Positions 35,226-49,022 of a stretch of DNA of 64,000 nucleotides are shown piece after piece. The stretch covers positions 124,001 to 188,000 of the forward strand of contig NW_003314328.1 of NCBI RefSeq assembly GCF_000143415.4. The letters run 5' to 3'. This stretch comes from Selaginella moellendorffii (lineage: Eukaryota > Plantae > Lycopodiophyta). Within the stretch, counting starts at the first letter, position 1. Every line of letters starts with the position of its first letter. The notes under the pieces are model-generated. The model was not told the origin of the DNA, searched no databases, and saw nothing but the letters and a program-made list of their open reading frames with translations. The position numbers and the translations under genes were made by a program.

Positions 35226-38200
35226 GACTTAGATCTATGAGTTATGGCACAGCCACCCTTAGCTTGACCTCAGCTCCATGTTCTGCAGAAGGGGAGTGAT
35301 CTGCCGACCTTCTCAGGTGTTGGAACAGTCTCTCCAACATCACATATCAGTTGCTTCAGACACTACTTGCTTCTTACAGAGAACTCTTCGTTGAGGAAAA
35401 ACCCACAAATTGGCTTCTTGTCGACCTCTTTTCGTTTCGGTAGGGTGCTCACGAGTTTGTTCCTGACTACATCACACGGTTTCAAGCTTACTGGAAGCAG
35501 TGTTGGGATCATAGTAGTCCAAGATGAGTAACAGGGGATCACGGCATTCACAGCAAGTCTGCGTGGGAACTTGCAGTGGAAACTTCTTAAGAAGACATTC
35601 AGGTTTTGCCGTGAGGCATTTTCGTTTGCCACGAAGCTGGAAAGAGAGCTTCTAGTCGACCTAGGGATTGCTAGAGTTGATTTTGACCAAGCCATCATCC
35701 CGTCAGAGTCACCTTGTGTAGCTATTCGCCCGTCCACACCAAAGCCCATCACTATTGAGCATACACCTCCGACTCTTGAGAACTTTGCCAATGAGATACG
35801 GCAGTTGAAGGAGATCAATCTTCAGCAGCAATCACTCCATGACAAACTGCTCCAGGAGCTGGTGGAGTCCAAGAAAGAGGCCGCTACAGCTCGAGAACGC
35901 AAATTTAAATCCCACTGGTGCACTCACTATGAGACGAACACACACAACACACAGTGCTTCTTCAAGCTTCACCCAGAGCTTCAGCCTCCATCTTCTCAAC
36001 GTGTCCAACAACATCCCTCCACATCATCTCAGGGTCCAAAGACGTATCAAGAGCAGTTGGAACGACAAACAATTGAGGCAGCCCCTTCGTCAAGCAAAGG
36101 CAAGGCACCAGCCTCATCGGTCAACACGATTTTGGTAGCCGAGGAACTCTATAAGCAACAAAAGCAAACCGCAGCTACTCGAGCCCAAGCAAAGAAGAAG
36201 GCAGCCGCTCAGCCTGCCACAAATCCCCCAGCGCCAGTTGAGAATGAATCTCCATTGGCATCAGGCCTAGTGACACAGAGGGTGGCTTGTAAGCTCCCCT
36301 TCAAGTCACTACTCTCTCCTCCTCCTAAGATCTCACTAACAGCTATTCTTGTTCTGGAACTGGTTCTTCAATAGCTGGTTGACACTCCCGTCACCTTTTT
36401 GCTCCGAAACATGTTGTGTCTTGTCCCGGGATTCGGCTAGCATTTAGAGGAGTTTGCACGGCCAAAAACACCAGAGAGCACTCTCAAGAGGACTCCTCAA
36501 GAGGTGCACATTGTCGATATGACAAGATATGGTGGAGATCCTGGTCCATTCTTCGTCCCGGTGCAGATCGGTACTTCCTCTTGTAGGATGGATGCTTTGG
36601 TTGACTCTGGTTCTGGAAGCAACATTATCTCTCTCGAGGCTGCCCTTTCAGCACAGCTACAGATCACTGAGAGCTCCTCCATCATGCTCAAAACCTTCGC
36701 CAACCATACCATTCCTCCAATGGGAATTTGCTGTGATGTCAAGGTCTCTGTGAAGGGTGTTATTTCTGAGGTGAATCTCCTCGTGGTTGACTACCAACAC
36801 TTTGGAATGTCCTCTTTGAAGGACTCTATCATCCTTGGCCACTCATGGCAAGTCACAGCCTATTGCACCATTGACAGCGCAAAAGGCAAGATGGAAATTA
36901 GTGATGGAAATTAGCGCCACCTTTCTCAACAACCACGGCAGAGCTCTTTCTCGGCAAGCCCAGTAGGCTCAGACTAAGATGGCCTCCACACCACACTTTC
37001 CTCTTGAACTCACAGAGGTTTTTCCTAAGTTGGTGGTGGAGTCGACCATCTAAATGACGGATGTTTTCTCATGCAATGCAATTGACATGGTTGGAGGTGA
37101 GTCAGATAGCCAGAGACATCTCTCAGCTTCACTCTCTTTATTTGAGAGTAAGCCCAAGCCTTTAACCACGCCCTCTTTATTTGATGGCGGGGCTTATAGA
37201 GTACGGGCTGCTACATCCAGCTTTCCGGAGTGTTTCTCGATAGTGGAAGGGCTTCTCGATTCATTTCTTACATGGGACCAACTTTCTCTTATGGAGCTAG
37301 ATGACACAGTCGCTCCAGATCATGTCCTTCTTTCGCAAGACACAGTTGAACTCAATCCTCCTCAGCAACTATTTGAGGTGTCACACAGCCAGCATCTTCC
37401 TACTAAAATTGCGGTAGCTGATGAATCCGAGCATATTTTGTCATGCTGTTTTTTGGAGATGGAAGATGACATCCAGTCACACAATTGGCAGGAAGAGTCA
37501 AGCAAATTAGACACATACTGCATGCGAGTTATAGCTCTTTGAGTTCAGAATTTCCTACCATGGAGCCCCTGGTATAGATCCAGGGGTATTACACTGAAAC
37601 TTTAGCACCAGACTTAGACTGGACTTTGGTGGAGGATCTTCCTTCACTTGCGGAGTACCTGGCTATAGTCCTTGTATTGGACATCGAGCGCTCAGAGCAT
37701 CAGAAGCAAAGAGAACAACAAACAAAGACTCTGGATCCAACAACAGCATTCTTGCCTGACTTCCAGAGTCAGTCTTGCTGGATGTGGTGTCCCCAGCATC
37801 TTTATTTGAAGAAGAGGACACTCCTATGATTACAACTTATTTCGACGGTGCTTTCTGCCCCAAAAACCAGGTTGCCGCCATTGGAGTTTGGATGAGTGAT
37901 TCTGCGGAGAACAAAGTAGCCGACCTCTCTATCACTTTGCCAACAACATCAGCTAATGAAGCAGAGTACTTGGCGGCTATTAGTGCTATGAAGTTGGCCA
38001 CAGATCTCAAGTTTAGGCAAGCACTTCCATTGGAGATGCGCAACTCATCATACGCCAACTTACTGGAGAATACCAAGTCCGCAAAGAGAACTTGAAAGAG
38101 CTATGGTAGCAGGTGGTCAACCTGAAGGATGAGTTCTCTCAAGTGACTTTTCAAAGTGTCCCTCGTGAAGAAAAATTTTGGGCGGACAAGTTATCACATC

Positions 38201-38250
38201 AAGCAATCACCATGATGCGAGAGGCAAAAGGCACTCCCTGCTCTTTGGTT
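35226..38250 (+). pseudogene. Tat-type retrotransposon 5' half: leader, gag, protease and additional RNase H (aRH), truncated by the LINE
   Basis: gag WCTHYETNTHNTQC knuckle remnant; ALVDSGSGSNII protease; TYFDGAF...SANEAEYLAAISAM...VPREEKFWADKLS is an archaeal/plant-type RNase H lying upstream of RT. Confidence 0.82.
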
Positions 38251-41200
38251 TCCAAGGTCAGGGAGGGTTTCCACGTCCATTCCTCTTCTCCAGCCTCGCT
38301 TCTTCCTTTAAGAAACAGCCACAGCTCCTTCTCCTCTGCTATCTTCCCTTCCTCACCTCGTTTGATCAGCGTGCCCAGGCAGGCCGCGAGTGAGACAATC
38401 AATCTGGACCAAACCTTTGAGATAGTTGCTTGAGCCGAGGGGTCCATGTCCTCGAATAGCCTGGTGTAGCAAGCCTTCCATATCTCTGCTAGTGTGCATC
38501 CCCAAAGTGCATCGAAGAGCTCCTGGTGGAGATTCTTAATGTGTGTCCAAGTTTGGTTGAGTTGATCAAAGTGTGGGGCCTCGTTGTGTCTCCACTTCCA
38601 TGCATCAGGATTCTTTGTTTTTCCCTGGATGAAGCTACCCCAGAGCACTGATTCGTATGTGATTGCAGCTCCTCCAGTTGACGTTCGTTTGAGTACCATT
38701 GCTGCACCTGGACATTCACATAAGATGTGTCGCTGTGTTTCTATGGCACCACAGGCCTTGCAAGCTGTGTTCGGGAGATATATGGCCACCAGAGAGGGAA
38801 GACGTTCTTGTTGGGCCAGCCAGATGAAGTAGTGGTTCTTAGCTTACCAGTGCCCCTTCCAGATCTTGTTGATGTAGTGTAAGTGGTTCTTGGAGTGGAT
38901 CTATTGGGCCTTTGCTTTCCAGATGAGGGAGGATCAAGTCGGCACCCTGATCAGTTTTCGGCCCAGCTTGGTCTCGAACTGGAAGAAGTCCTTGCACATG
39001 GTTCCTCTCTAATGCCACTCTATGGGATCCCACTTGAGTTCATCCAAGGTTTGTTGGCGGAACCAGTAGAGGCAAGCATATTGTTTTTCTAGGATCAATG
39101 GATCAACATTGGCAGTTTTTTTCTCCATTTGAATCACTCTGATCAGTTTAGCTCTACTCATATCGGGGAGGTCCTCGTACTCAAGGGTGATGATGGGGTA
39201 CAAGTGTCCAGCCTATCCTGCCTCAAAGATTAGTCCCGATGCCATGTTGGGGAGGGTGCATACAATCGACTCGTCCACCTTCCACCATCATGGTATTGGT
39301 CTTCTTGTAGGTTTAGTCATTCAAGGCATGCGTGTTTGGCTACTAAAAAGGCTGTCTGGAATTTACGCATCCTGTGTTCTGAGATGGTTAATCCGTAGAA
39401 GGCACTAATTCGGTCACAGTTGTTGGCCGTCTGGTTGGGCTGGATCATGGTGTTTGCCTCTACGAAGGTTCTCATCCCTACTCTGTGCAGGTCTTTGCAT
39501 ATCTGGTCCAGGCCACGATCCTCTAAAGCTCCGAGCATTTTACCATTGACAGCGAAGAGTTTGCTCAGGAAAATTGGCTGCCTGTCCAGTTGTTCTTTGG
39601 TACGAAGTGGTTTATATTCCAGCTTGCATTTGAATTGCCTCTAGAGCTTGAACAGCTTTCCTGAGAACATGTGAGCCTTTGTCATTTTGAGTTTGGTGTC
39701 CGAGAAGAGCCATTGTTCATTTATCACCTAGTTTTGTCTAGTGTGCTCGTTCCTGTCTGGGAGGACTTTCAAAAGTTGTGCTCGCAGCAGTATTCTCCAT
39801 GGTTGGTTGTCAGGCATGAGCATCCTCATGAAAATCTTGAAGAGGAGAGCCTTGCATTGTTCTTCGATGTCAATAATATTGAGGCCCCCTTCGTGCTTCG
39901 AAAGTGTTACTGATTGCCAGTTGACCTTTGCTCCACCACATGAGATGCAGGAGGAGCCTTTCCAGACATAGGTTTGAATGAGTTGGTTCATTTCCTGGAT
40001 CATTCGTTTGTCCATATTCCAGCATGCTGCCAGGAACCAGATCGCTCCAAGCAGGATGCTGTTTGCCACCACGCAGCGTGCTGAGAATGATAGTTTTCTG
40101 CTCGCCCAGAACTTGAGTTGATCCCTTAGTTTTGTAACTTCTTTTTGGTTCTAAGGTTCTGGATCATACTAGCGTCCGACTTGGAATCCAAGGTAGCAGG
40201 TGGTCTCCTCCATGTCCAGCCATTTGAAGCCCAGCTCCGTGCCCCATGTTGGAGGTCTGCCGGGGGGGAGCCATAGTCCTACTGATTTGTGCCAGTTTAT
40301 TTTTGATCCCATGGCCTCATTGAAGAAGTCCAGGTCCCTTTTGACGTTTGAGAGGTTCTCCGATGATCCCTCCACGATCAGGCTTGTGTCGTCTGCAAAG
40401 GCTGAGGATAGAAGGTCCTCCTTTGAGGCTTTGTTCATGTCCTGAAGCGCAGAGCCACAGCCTGGAAGGGGCATACCTTTCGGGCCCTCTGGTTGGGCAA
40501 GGTAGTAGGCCAGAGCATCCGCAATGAACAGGAACAGGTATGGTGCAAGGGGGTATCCTTGGCAGACCGATCTTTCAAATTTGAAGGACTGTCCCATGGT
40601 TCTGTTGATTGTAACCCTGCTTGATGCCGAGTGGTACAGGGATGCTGTCCATTCCACGAACTGCAGAGGAACTCTTTGCTTGATCATTATGGCCTGGAGA
40701 ACTTTCCAATCCACCCGGTCATAGGCTTTTTCGAAGTCCAAGAGAATGATTGTGATCTGCTCTGCCATGTCTTTGGTGTGTTCTTGCACCAGAAGGACTA
40801 TTAGGAGATTGTCCACGATTTCCCTACCATCCATGAATCCGTTCTGTCTCCTTGATCGTTTATAGGAGTAGAGGCTTGAGGCGTGATGCCAAGGCTTTTG
40901 CTACGATCTTGTACATGGTGTTCAGCATAGAGATGGGCCTTCAGTTTTTGAGGTGGGACATATCTCCTTTTATTGGTATTAGCGCAATGATCCCATCCAT
41001 AGCTCCTTCTGGCCACTTCCCAGCTCACATGGTTTCTTGCCACATCTTGAGAACTTCTGGTCCGATCCATTCCCAGTTTTGTTTGTAGAAGGCTGGTGGC
41101 ATGCCGTCCTCCCTTGGCATCTTGTCGTCCTTGAGGTCATCCAAGGCGTCTTTTAATTCTCACAGTGTGAAAGGTCTCGTTAGTCTGGTGTTCATTGGTG

Positions 41201-42534
41201 GGGTGTACTTGGTCGGGATATGCTCTAGCACTCGCTCAAGTTTCTCTTGCCTGACCTCATCCCATGGTTCCTCCTTGAAAAGCTGGGAGTAGTAGTATTC
41301 TGCCATGTTGTGCATTTGTCGATCTTTGTGTGCAGTTGCCCTTGTTCATCCTTCAATCCGAACATTGGTGGGGAGACCACTTTAGATCTTATGGATCGAT
41401 AGAACTCCTTGTTCAGCACGAGCTCGCTTGCGTGCCATCTGATGTGTTCTGCTTTTAGGAAGGCTTCCATCTTGTCAGCCTCTATCCTTTCCAGTGGTGC
41501 TTAACCTGGATTTTTTGAGCTTGTAGCCATGGGTCATCCGGGTTGCTGCGAAGGTTAGTGTTGATCGAGGTCAGGACTCTCCGAACCTTTTGGACTGTGT
41601 TAAAGACATCTTTCTGGATCTTGGCTCGAGCCTCTTGAGCAATTTGAAGGGTGAAGGAGTGTAGATTCCCCTTGTGTTTTTTCCATTGCTCGTGCGCTTG
41701 GTTATTGTTGGCTTGCTCCTCAAAGAACTTCTTGGGTATGGCAACTGGCTTCTTTGGACCTCTTGATCTTCGAAAGGGAAGTGTGAGTCTAATTAGATGG
41801 TGGTCCGAGAAGTCCGTGTAGGTGTTGTCGATGTCCAACTTCCCCCCTTGCATGCACAGGTCCATGGTGAGGTAGAAGCGGTCCAGACGACGTTGTATGC
41901 CTCTGCGTTGACGTTCTCGCCATGTGAAGCATGGTTCATGTGTCACAAAACCCGGGATCTCGTAAGCATCACAGGTGCCAATTTGTAAGAGGAACGAGTT
42001 CCATGCAAGGTGTTCCGCACGTGTACGTCTATCCTGGATTATGCCCCCCCATTTATCCTCCTCGTGGTCCACGAAATTGAAGTCACCAACCAGGATCCAA
42101 TCATCGATTCCGGTTGGAAGACGATGCTGCAAAATTTGGAAGAAGTGTGCTCGTGAGGTGGAGAGGGATGCTGGGGCGTAGATGTTCAACAGGCCTATGG
42201 TTCAAGCATTTACTTTTATCACTATCATGTGAGTGCGTCCAAGGATTAGGATCTGGTGCGAGGTGCCTAGGGATTGCCATGGTCCTTTAGTGATGATGAG
42301 GGTTCCTCCTCGCCTTCCAACTGCTAGGTTCCAGAAGTGTTTGCCTTTTGAAAACTTAAAGATTGTCTGGTGTTCTTGCATTCTATACTCCTAGAAACAG
42401 AAAAAGTCACACTTTCCTATCACTCCTTCTAACTGGCGAAGGTACTGTCGTAGCCTCGCCTTCTTGTCATTCCATAGCACTCCGTCCTTACTAATGCCTC
42501 CTACTTTCCACGAAAGCACGCTGAGATCAGTCAT
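38250..42534 (-). pseudogene. LINE ORF2 (APE endonuclease, reverse transcriptase, zf-RVT)
   Basis: MTDLSVLSWKVGG, NIYAP, LVGDFN, RLDRFY and SDHH (EN); LDFEKAYDRVDW, QGYPLAPYLF and AFADD (RT); CKACGAIETQRHILCEC. Confidence 0.92.
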
Positions 42535-44634
42535 TGTCCTTGTTTGTGGTGATCCAATTGCGTTCCACCCACGAGAATTCACGATCTCTCCCTCCTCTCG
42601 CGGGGATGACGCTGCTTTTGGTGAGAAGGGCTGTGTGCAGCTCCATGTTGTTGCCCACGATTGTGGCCTTGTCTACTTCCACATGGTACTTAAGATCCTT
42701 GATTACCTCGGACGCTTCTAGAAAGCTGTGTACTCCATTCTTTGGGAGCTGATCGCGTGCCATGTGGAAGGTGGGTGTGACATATCCGACCAGAGGGCCA
42801 CTCCATAGTGCTAGGTACTTCCTGGGATGTGTGCTACTTACATGGAGCCACAGATTGACTTTGAGTCGCATGAATCGTTGGGAGGAGGATGCCTGCCCTC
42901 GCGGCACCGGGTCCTCTGATGGGGATCTCTCCACTCGTGCTCGTTCCAGGGACGGGGAGCGTTGGATAGTGTGTTCTCCACCCCACTGGTCTCTTGTCAT
43001 CTCAGGTGAAGCTTGTCCGTCCCTCGGTGCTTCTTCCCTACACTTTGACGCTCTGTTGGACTGTCTCCTAGATGTTCCTCCTTGAGCCGAGTGCACTTTC
43101 CCCATGATCCGGATCTTGTTAGGGATTGGCGCCTTCCCAGTGTACAGAACGTGGATGAGCTGATCCCCTGACTCCTCCCTTGTTGCCTATTTCCCGAGGT
43201 ACTGAGCGAAGCCCTCCACCATCATTGCCAAGAACACCGGGGTGTTGTCTGTCTCACACAGGTCCTCGACAAGTAGATCCAGCTCCATTGTTGGGTGGTG
43301 AACCAAGTCCTTCTGGCTCGGAGAGAATCCTGGCGGGAATTTGTAGAAGAACAACTCATCACCCTCTGCTTGAGGACCAGGGCTCGCCAGTTTTTCTCCA
43401 TGCTCACCTCCACGCTGTAGTAGTTCCTGCCGAGGAACGTGACTGGTCTCCCCCAAAATGATACTCTTGCCTCTTCGAGACCTTCCTTGAGCCCTTCCAA
43501 TGCTGCTTGCCGGTGCGGTTTGTTCCCTTTGAAGATTGCCAAGATCAAGTTCTTGGCTGCCTTGGCTTGTCGTTCCTGCAGTTCCATGAGGACCTCATTC
43601 GCCTCCACATGCAGTTCTCCTGGGACTGGTGCTGTGACATCCAACATTGCTAGTGCAGCAGCTGAATGGGGCGAGACGTCCTTCTCCACATTTATGTCCA
43701 GCTCATCCACCCTTGTCCATCCGAGATAGAGTACGTTTGACTCCTTCATCTTCTCGAGCGGGACGGCTGGTATTGCTTTCTCCTTGCTGGTCCTGGTCAC
43801 AACTCTCAGAGCTGGTGTTTTTGGAGCCTTGGTGGTCTTTTCAATCTGGTCCCCCTCTGAGTCCACCTCTTTCCCTTGCCTCTCCTCTATCGCCGCTTGG
43901 ATGACTCATTCCTTCTGCTGTGTGTCCATGAACAACGTGCTCAAACCCAATGAGGAAGAGTGTGAGTCAGGCGAGGTCTGTTGTGGCATGTCCTCCAGTG
44001 TTTCATCCACATACTTGCCAATTCCCTTCAAAGCTGAGACCGATGGGATCCTTTCAAACGTGGACATCATGACTAGCAGTGTTGTGTTCAGCGGAGGGAT
44101 AATTGTTTGCCTGGAAGACAAGGCCTTTGGAGCTCTCTTTGATTTTTTGCCCCCCATCGCAGTCAGTTTCTTCTTCTTTGTGATCTTGACTGTATCGGCG
44201 GACGAGGAGGGAGCAGCTCGAGTTGGTTCTCTAGTTGTTTTTGCTGTTGTTGTTGGCCGAGGTGGGGTGGCTTGGGCCGCATTTGCCTCTGGTTCTGGTT
44301 CCGCAGCTTCGTTGTCCTTCGGGGGCGGCAGTGGGCACTGCTTGAGCTTGATCAAGAGCTTCATCCCCGTGCTTCTCGTTTCTGGTCAATGCTCCACCAC
44401 AGCTCTCTCCTCATCATCAGGGGTGTTCTGAGTCGTGTCCGTGTGGGGGGAATCTTCCAGTTCGTCCTCTAGTGGTGGACTGCGCTTTCGCATGTTCTTT
44501 GTACGCGGCATTTCCTTCTTTGTTCCGGTCCTGTGTTCAGCAAAGAGTTCACGGATCAACGCTACTCCTCGAGGATGATGCGGTGGTTCTGTTGAGGTAC
44601 TACTGGCAATTTTTTGAGTCAGAGAGGGGGGCAT
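42527..44634 (-). pseudogene. LINE ORF1-like region, frameshifted
   Basis: Consecutive minus-strand ORFs (44386-44634, 43906-44364, 43222-43866, 42527-43105) lie directly upstream of and overlap the ORF2 start. Confidence 0.6.
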
Positions 44635-45440
44635 GTGGGGGGAGGCGTGTGGGGAGTCAAGCTGTGGGGAAGGGAGGGGAGAGAAGTCAATGTATGATCG
44701 AGAGGGTGGAGAGGAGACAAATCGGGGAGCAAGCGGGTAGGGAGGAGAGCAGACCTCTTGGTTGCTGGCGTGATGCTCCTATGCTCTATTTCGTTAAAGT
44801 GGGATTTATTCAGTAAAATGGGACTAGGTACAAATTTTCAAGTATTTGAAAATGACGTGAAATTATATGTTTTTTGTCCAGGGGCTAGACATATCTGGGA
44901 CATGGTGACTAGCGCGGTGACTTTATGTCCAGACTGAGTCCATCTGGTTGTATAATAAATCTCATTGTCAAGGTGAACAAGCCGAATCTGAAGCTAAAGA
45001 AGAGCGATGGCATGCGCGCAAACACTATTTGTTTGTTCATTGAGCGTGTGGTGAGCTTTCCAAGATGAACGTCATTCCTATTAGCCAGACATATCACTTA
45101 ATGGTGAGAACATTTAGATATTATTCAATGTTATCTTTTTCTAACGAATCTAATTGTGAAGGTGTAGCAAGAGGCATTGCTAGTCTGGAGAAGTCATTTA
45201 ACTCATTTGACCCTTAGTGTATTTTCATGAAACTAAATAACATTCATATTATTAAGGAATTTCTCTAGTACCTTTTTTTTACAACATAGAGGCTTGCATT
45301 TCTTTCAAAGGTGATTTAGTAAAAGGCCTGAGGGCACATGCCATTCTATTTCTCAGACCGGTATTAAGATATACTAGTGCAAAGGGAAAAAGGTATTTGG
45401 TGATCAAGTAAATGGCATGAGGGCACACGCCATTATAAGC

Positions 45441-45698
45441 CTAAGCGCTAGTGGACACCTCCTTTTTGGTACTCTCAGCGGTACTATCATCCTTCTCCGG
45501 GTCAGTTGTTTTGCTTTGGATTGTTGTCTCTGACGTTACTGGGGCGTTCTCGATAGTTGTTAATGTTGCCGTTTGTTCAGAAAAATGATCACCTGGAGTA
45601 TAGTACGGGGAGTTTGGAAGACTTATATATTCTACATCTTCACCTATCTCCTTCTCCGTCTCCTTTTCTGCCTCACTTACAGATTTTGTGCTTGCCAT
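45441..45698 (-). CDS. Small acidic low-complexity ORF (85 aa, MASTKSVSEAEKE...), putative third transposon gene
   Basis: Open in this copy and interrupted in copy 1; no recognisable domain. Confidence 0.35.
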   Translation of the reverse strand: MASTKSVSEAEKETEKEIGEDVEYISLPNSPYYTPGDHFSEQTATLTTIENAPVTSETTIQSKTTDPEKDDSTAESTKKEVSTSA

Positions 45699-45905
45699 GA
45701 GAACGCTCTTCACCCTAAAATATGGAGTTCGTTATGTTATAAAAGGAAACCAACACACACGCTGCAAGGGAATGATGGTACATAAAGCACGTAAGCCCAC
45801 AATATGGGTTTATGTGCCATTAATATGGGCCACACGCCATATTATTAGATTTATGCACGTGTGATTGGTAAATGCATATGTCACATCATCTCAGGCCACA
45901 TGCCA

Positions 45906-48900
45906 TCACGCCTCCTCTGATTCAGATTCGGATTGTTCACCTTGAAATAAAATATATTAGAAACTTAGTAAAGGAATATTAATGAATCTCACCTTGAACC
46001 CGGGTTATGAATGCTCTTGCTGCATCTCTTGCATGGTCTGGCAAGGTGATGGTGGCACTCTGCTTCCGCATCCAACCATGCACAACATTATCCACCGATA
46101 TGCTCATGCTGGGATCCCTTTGATTTAGCACCCATCTCTTTTCTAGGCAATCCTTCGTATATCCGGAACTTGGCTTGAACCACTCCACAGTTACATTGAA
46201 GGAGTTAGTTTCCGCGTCCTCCTCTGCATCAGTGATGCAGCGCCCCACCCATATCATTTGTTTTTTATTACTGGGTCTGACAAGCACGACCATTCCTTTG
46301 CAGACCTGTACTGGATTGAATGCTGAATCCGGCTTCTTGTTCCTCGGCCCACAATAGTGATCCTCAACATCGTTATCTGTCACTGCATTTCCAGAGGACA
46401 TTGTTCCGCTACTATCTAGTGCTCTGGGTTCTGGCCAAAAGGACTCTTCCAATTCTTCATATACAACCGGCCCATTTTGGATAGCAGATATAATCTTCTC
46501 CCAGTATTCGAGCAAAGGCTTGCACCTCTGAAAATAGGATTCTCCACCAAACACCAACCCCCTCTTCCAGAAGGCAATATGCTGTCTAATCCCGGCCACT
46601 ATACTTTCCTGGTCTTTGAGTCCATCCGGGTGCATCGGCCGTGGGGAACCCTGAGGAATCATAGGTTCCCCAGTTATGGGATCTCTCTTGAAGAGTTCAA
46701 TGCCGTCCACTGGCAGCCACACTGTGTCCCATTCTCTCATCTTGTACCTCATCACTGGAGCACCGTCACACATGCTGAAATGAAACTGAAGAGGCTTGGA
46801 GTGGCCAATCAGTGTTTCGGATCCGTCCCTGATGTAGCCTCTTACAAACCCCTTAAAGTCTGGAACCTCTGTCAGAAGTGCAGCTTCAACAGTGCCTTTG
46901 ATGCAATTTTGGAATTCATCGTAGAGTTGTGGGAGGGTGAGGACATTGGATCGCCGGAGGGACTCTGCCAGGTGACTGAACATGGCATCGACGTCTTCAT
47001 GAGTGTGCCCAACCATGAGAAAGCCAAGTGTAACCGTTTCAAATATGCCTTTGGCAACAAGCATCGCCAAGTACGCGAAGACGTACATGTTTTTGTTCTC
47101 ACTGCCAGCATTGTCTGTTTGGAGCAGAAGATGGGGTGGAAGGCCACATCGGCCGCAAGAACTTCCTTGAGATTCTGCTTCGTTTGGATGAGGTTGTGCA
47201 TTCACCGAGCGACCAGCCTCGTCGGAATGGCATGAGGCCTCACGTGATAACCCTACAATCTGACGGCCAACATATTCACTGGGATGGCATGGGGCCCCAC
47301 GCGATACTGCAAGCCTTTGCTCCTCCTCCAGCTGAACCTTGTATGGGGTTCGATCGACAAGGGCCTTATGCAAGGGTTGGCCGTTCAGCTCAGTCTGCGC
47401 ACTTTGTAGAGACCTTAAGTGTTTTGCTAGGGACGCAATCATCATGTTTGCACCCCCGCCACCCCATAGAGGTACAAAGAAGTTCCCATAGTTCTGGGCA
47501 CCATGCCCATGAGCGATTATGCCAAACAGAGACACAAGCAGCTGCATGGATGAAGAGATTGCCTTGGGGGCAGGATTGAGTCGAGGTAAGCACGTCTTTT
47601 TCTGGTCCATTTTGTCGTGGATGATGCAGAGGTAAGAGTCAGGTCTCTCCATGGAGAGAATCCTGTTATGATAATATGCAGTCCTGCAGCTTCTCTGCTC
47701 GATGTTGTGGTCGAGCCGCCTTCTAACCAACGTCTCTCGCTCTTGAGCGCTGCAAGAATTCTTCGACAAAGCCATTTTGATAGCAGTGCACTCGTCACAC
47801 TTTGAAAAGCTGGAGTACTTTCCTATACTCACATCCCTGAACCTGTTGCTCCACAATCTACTAAATCTAGATTGGCTCAGCTTCCTGTAGCCATTACTCT
47901 AGAGTTCCCGATTCACATCTTCCAATATGGCCCCCTTGGTATACATGGAAGGGAGAACTCGTTGGGTGTCTCGTGTTCCATCTTCCAAGAGGCGGGTTTT
48001 ATGTGGTTGCTGCTCGCTACATGTCTCGACAAACCTCTTGAAGATTGCCTCTCCATATACAACATGACCCCTGGTTTTGTGCGTACCGTCGTTCCCATGG
48101 ACTGCCTGTTGAACCCTTTGTTCCTCGAACTCAGTTTTGATTCTGTAGAATGTGGTTCGAGGGACTCTATAAATGATTCTCCATGCCTTCATGCAGACCA
48201 AACCCCTCTGGAAGACCATGCCCCCCACCTGATGTTCTAAAGCATCAACAGATGACCGTAATGCCTCATACACAAAATTGCAAGCTGCCTTCTAGGACAA
48301 TGTCTTGTATCTTGCTCTCTCCTCTTCAATAGCATCCCAATCAGCATGTTGACAGCACCTCCTCTTGCAACAAGAAACTGTCGAGACCATTCGAACCTCC
48401 ATCGCCATTTTCTGCCTTTTCGGTTCGTTGCTCATATCCCTTTGGCTGCGCTTTAGGAAGGTGTACTTTCTTTTCCCATGAAGAGATGTTCTGTCATCAG
48501 TTGTAGTGGTGTTTGATTGTGAATCCTTCACATTCTCAAACACTAAGTGCCTCAATTTCCACCGCACAATGCTTCCAATAGTCAGACTATTTTCTTCTGT
48601 ATCAACAACCTCTAAAATCGCAACTCCAATATCATCCCAGCCCAAATCTTGATTAGCAACCGCATCTCTTGGATCGACAACTATGGTTAAGCCCTCAGCT
48701 ACCACCTCCCCATAGGGGTTGTTTAGAAACACCTTTGCCTGAATCCATGTAGCACGGTTCTTAAGATCCACGGAGGGAACATGCGTCGCATTTGCGAAGG
48801 CCATTCTGAAAGTGCAGAAAAGAAGTTAAGACCATACAAAAAATGATTGGAGAATGGCTTAAATCATAACATACCAAACAACCTCAATAGCATGAGGCCA

Positions 48901-49022
48901 CATGGTATTATTCAAACATGCTATTGACACCCACGTGAAATTTGGCATTCACACAAGGGTCCCTTTGCCAACTCTATTCCCACCATTCAAAATGTAACCT
49001 TTTCCCCATCCCTGAAGGCCAT
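45906..49022 (-). pseudogene. Sola1-like transposase, copy 2 (stops at 48292-48294 and 47899-47901; rearranged 5' end)
   Basis: Same motifs as copy 1. Has a TGG>TAG at 48292 and shares the TAG at 47899. The start region is duplicated and partly deleted (48800-49022). Confidence 0.82.

Larger units (their letters stand above)
38250..44780 (-). mobile_element. L1-like non-LTR retrotransposon, degenerate; no poly(A) tail visible
   Basis: ORF1 remnants at 42527-44634. ORF2 has APE endonuclease, RT and zinc-finger motifs. Confidence 0.9.
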
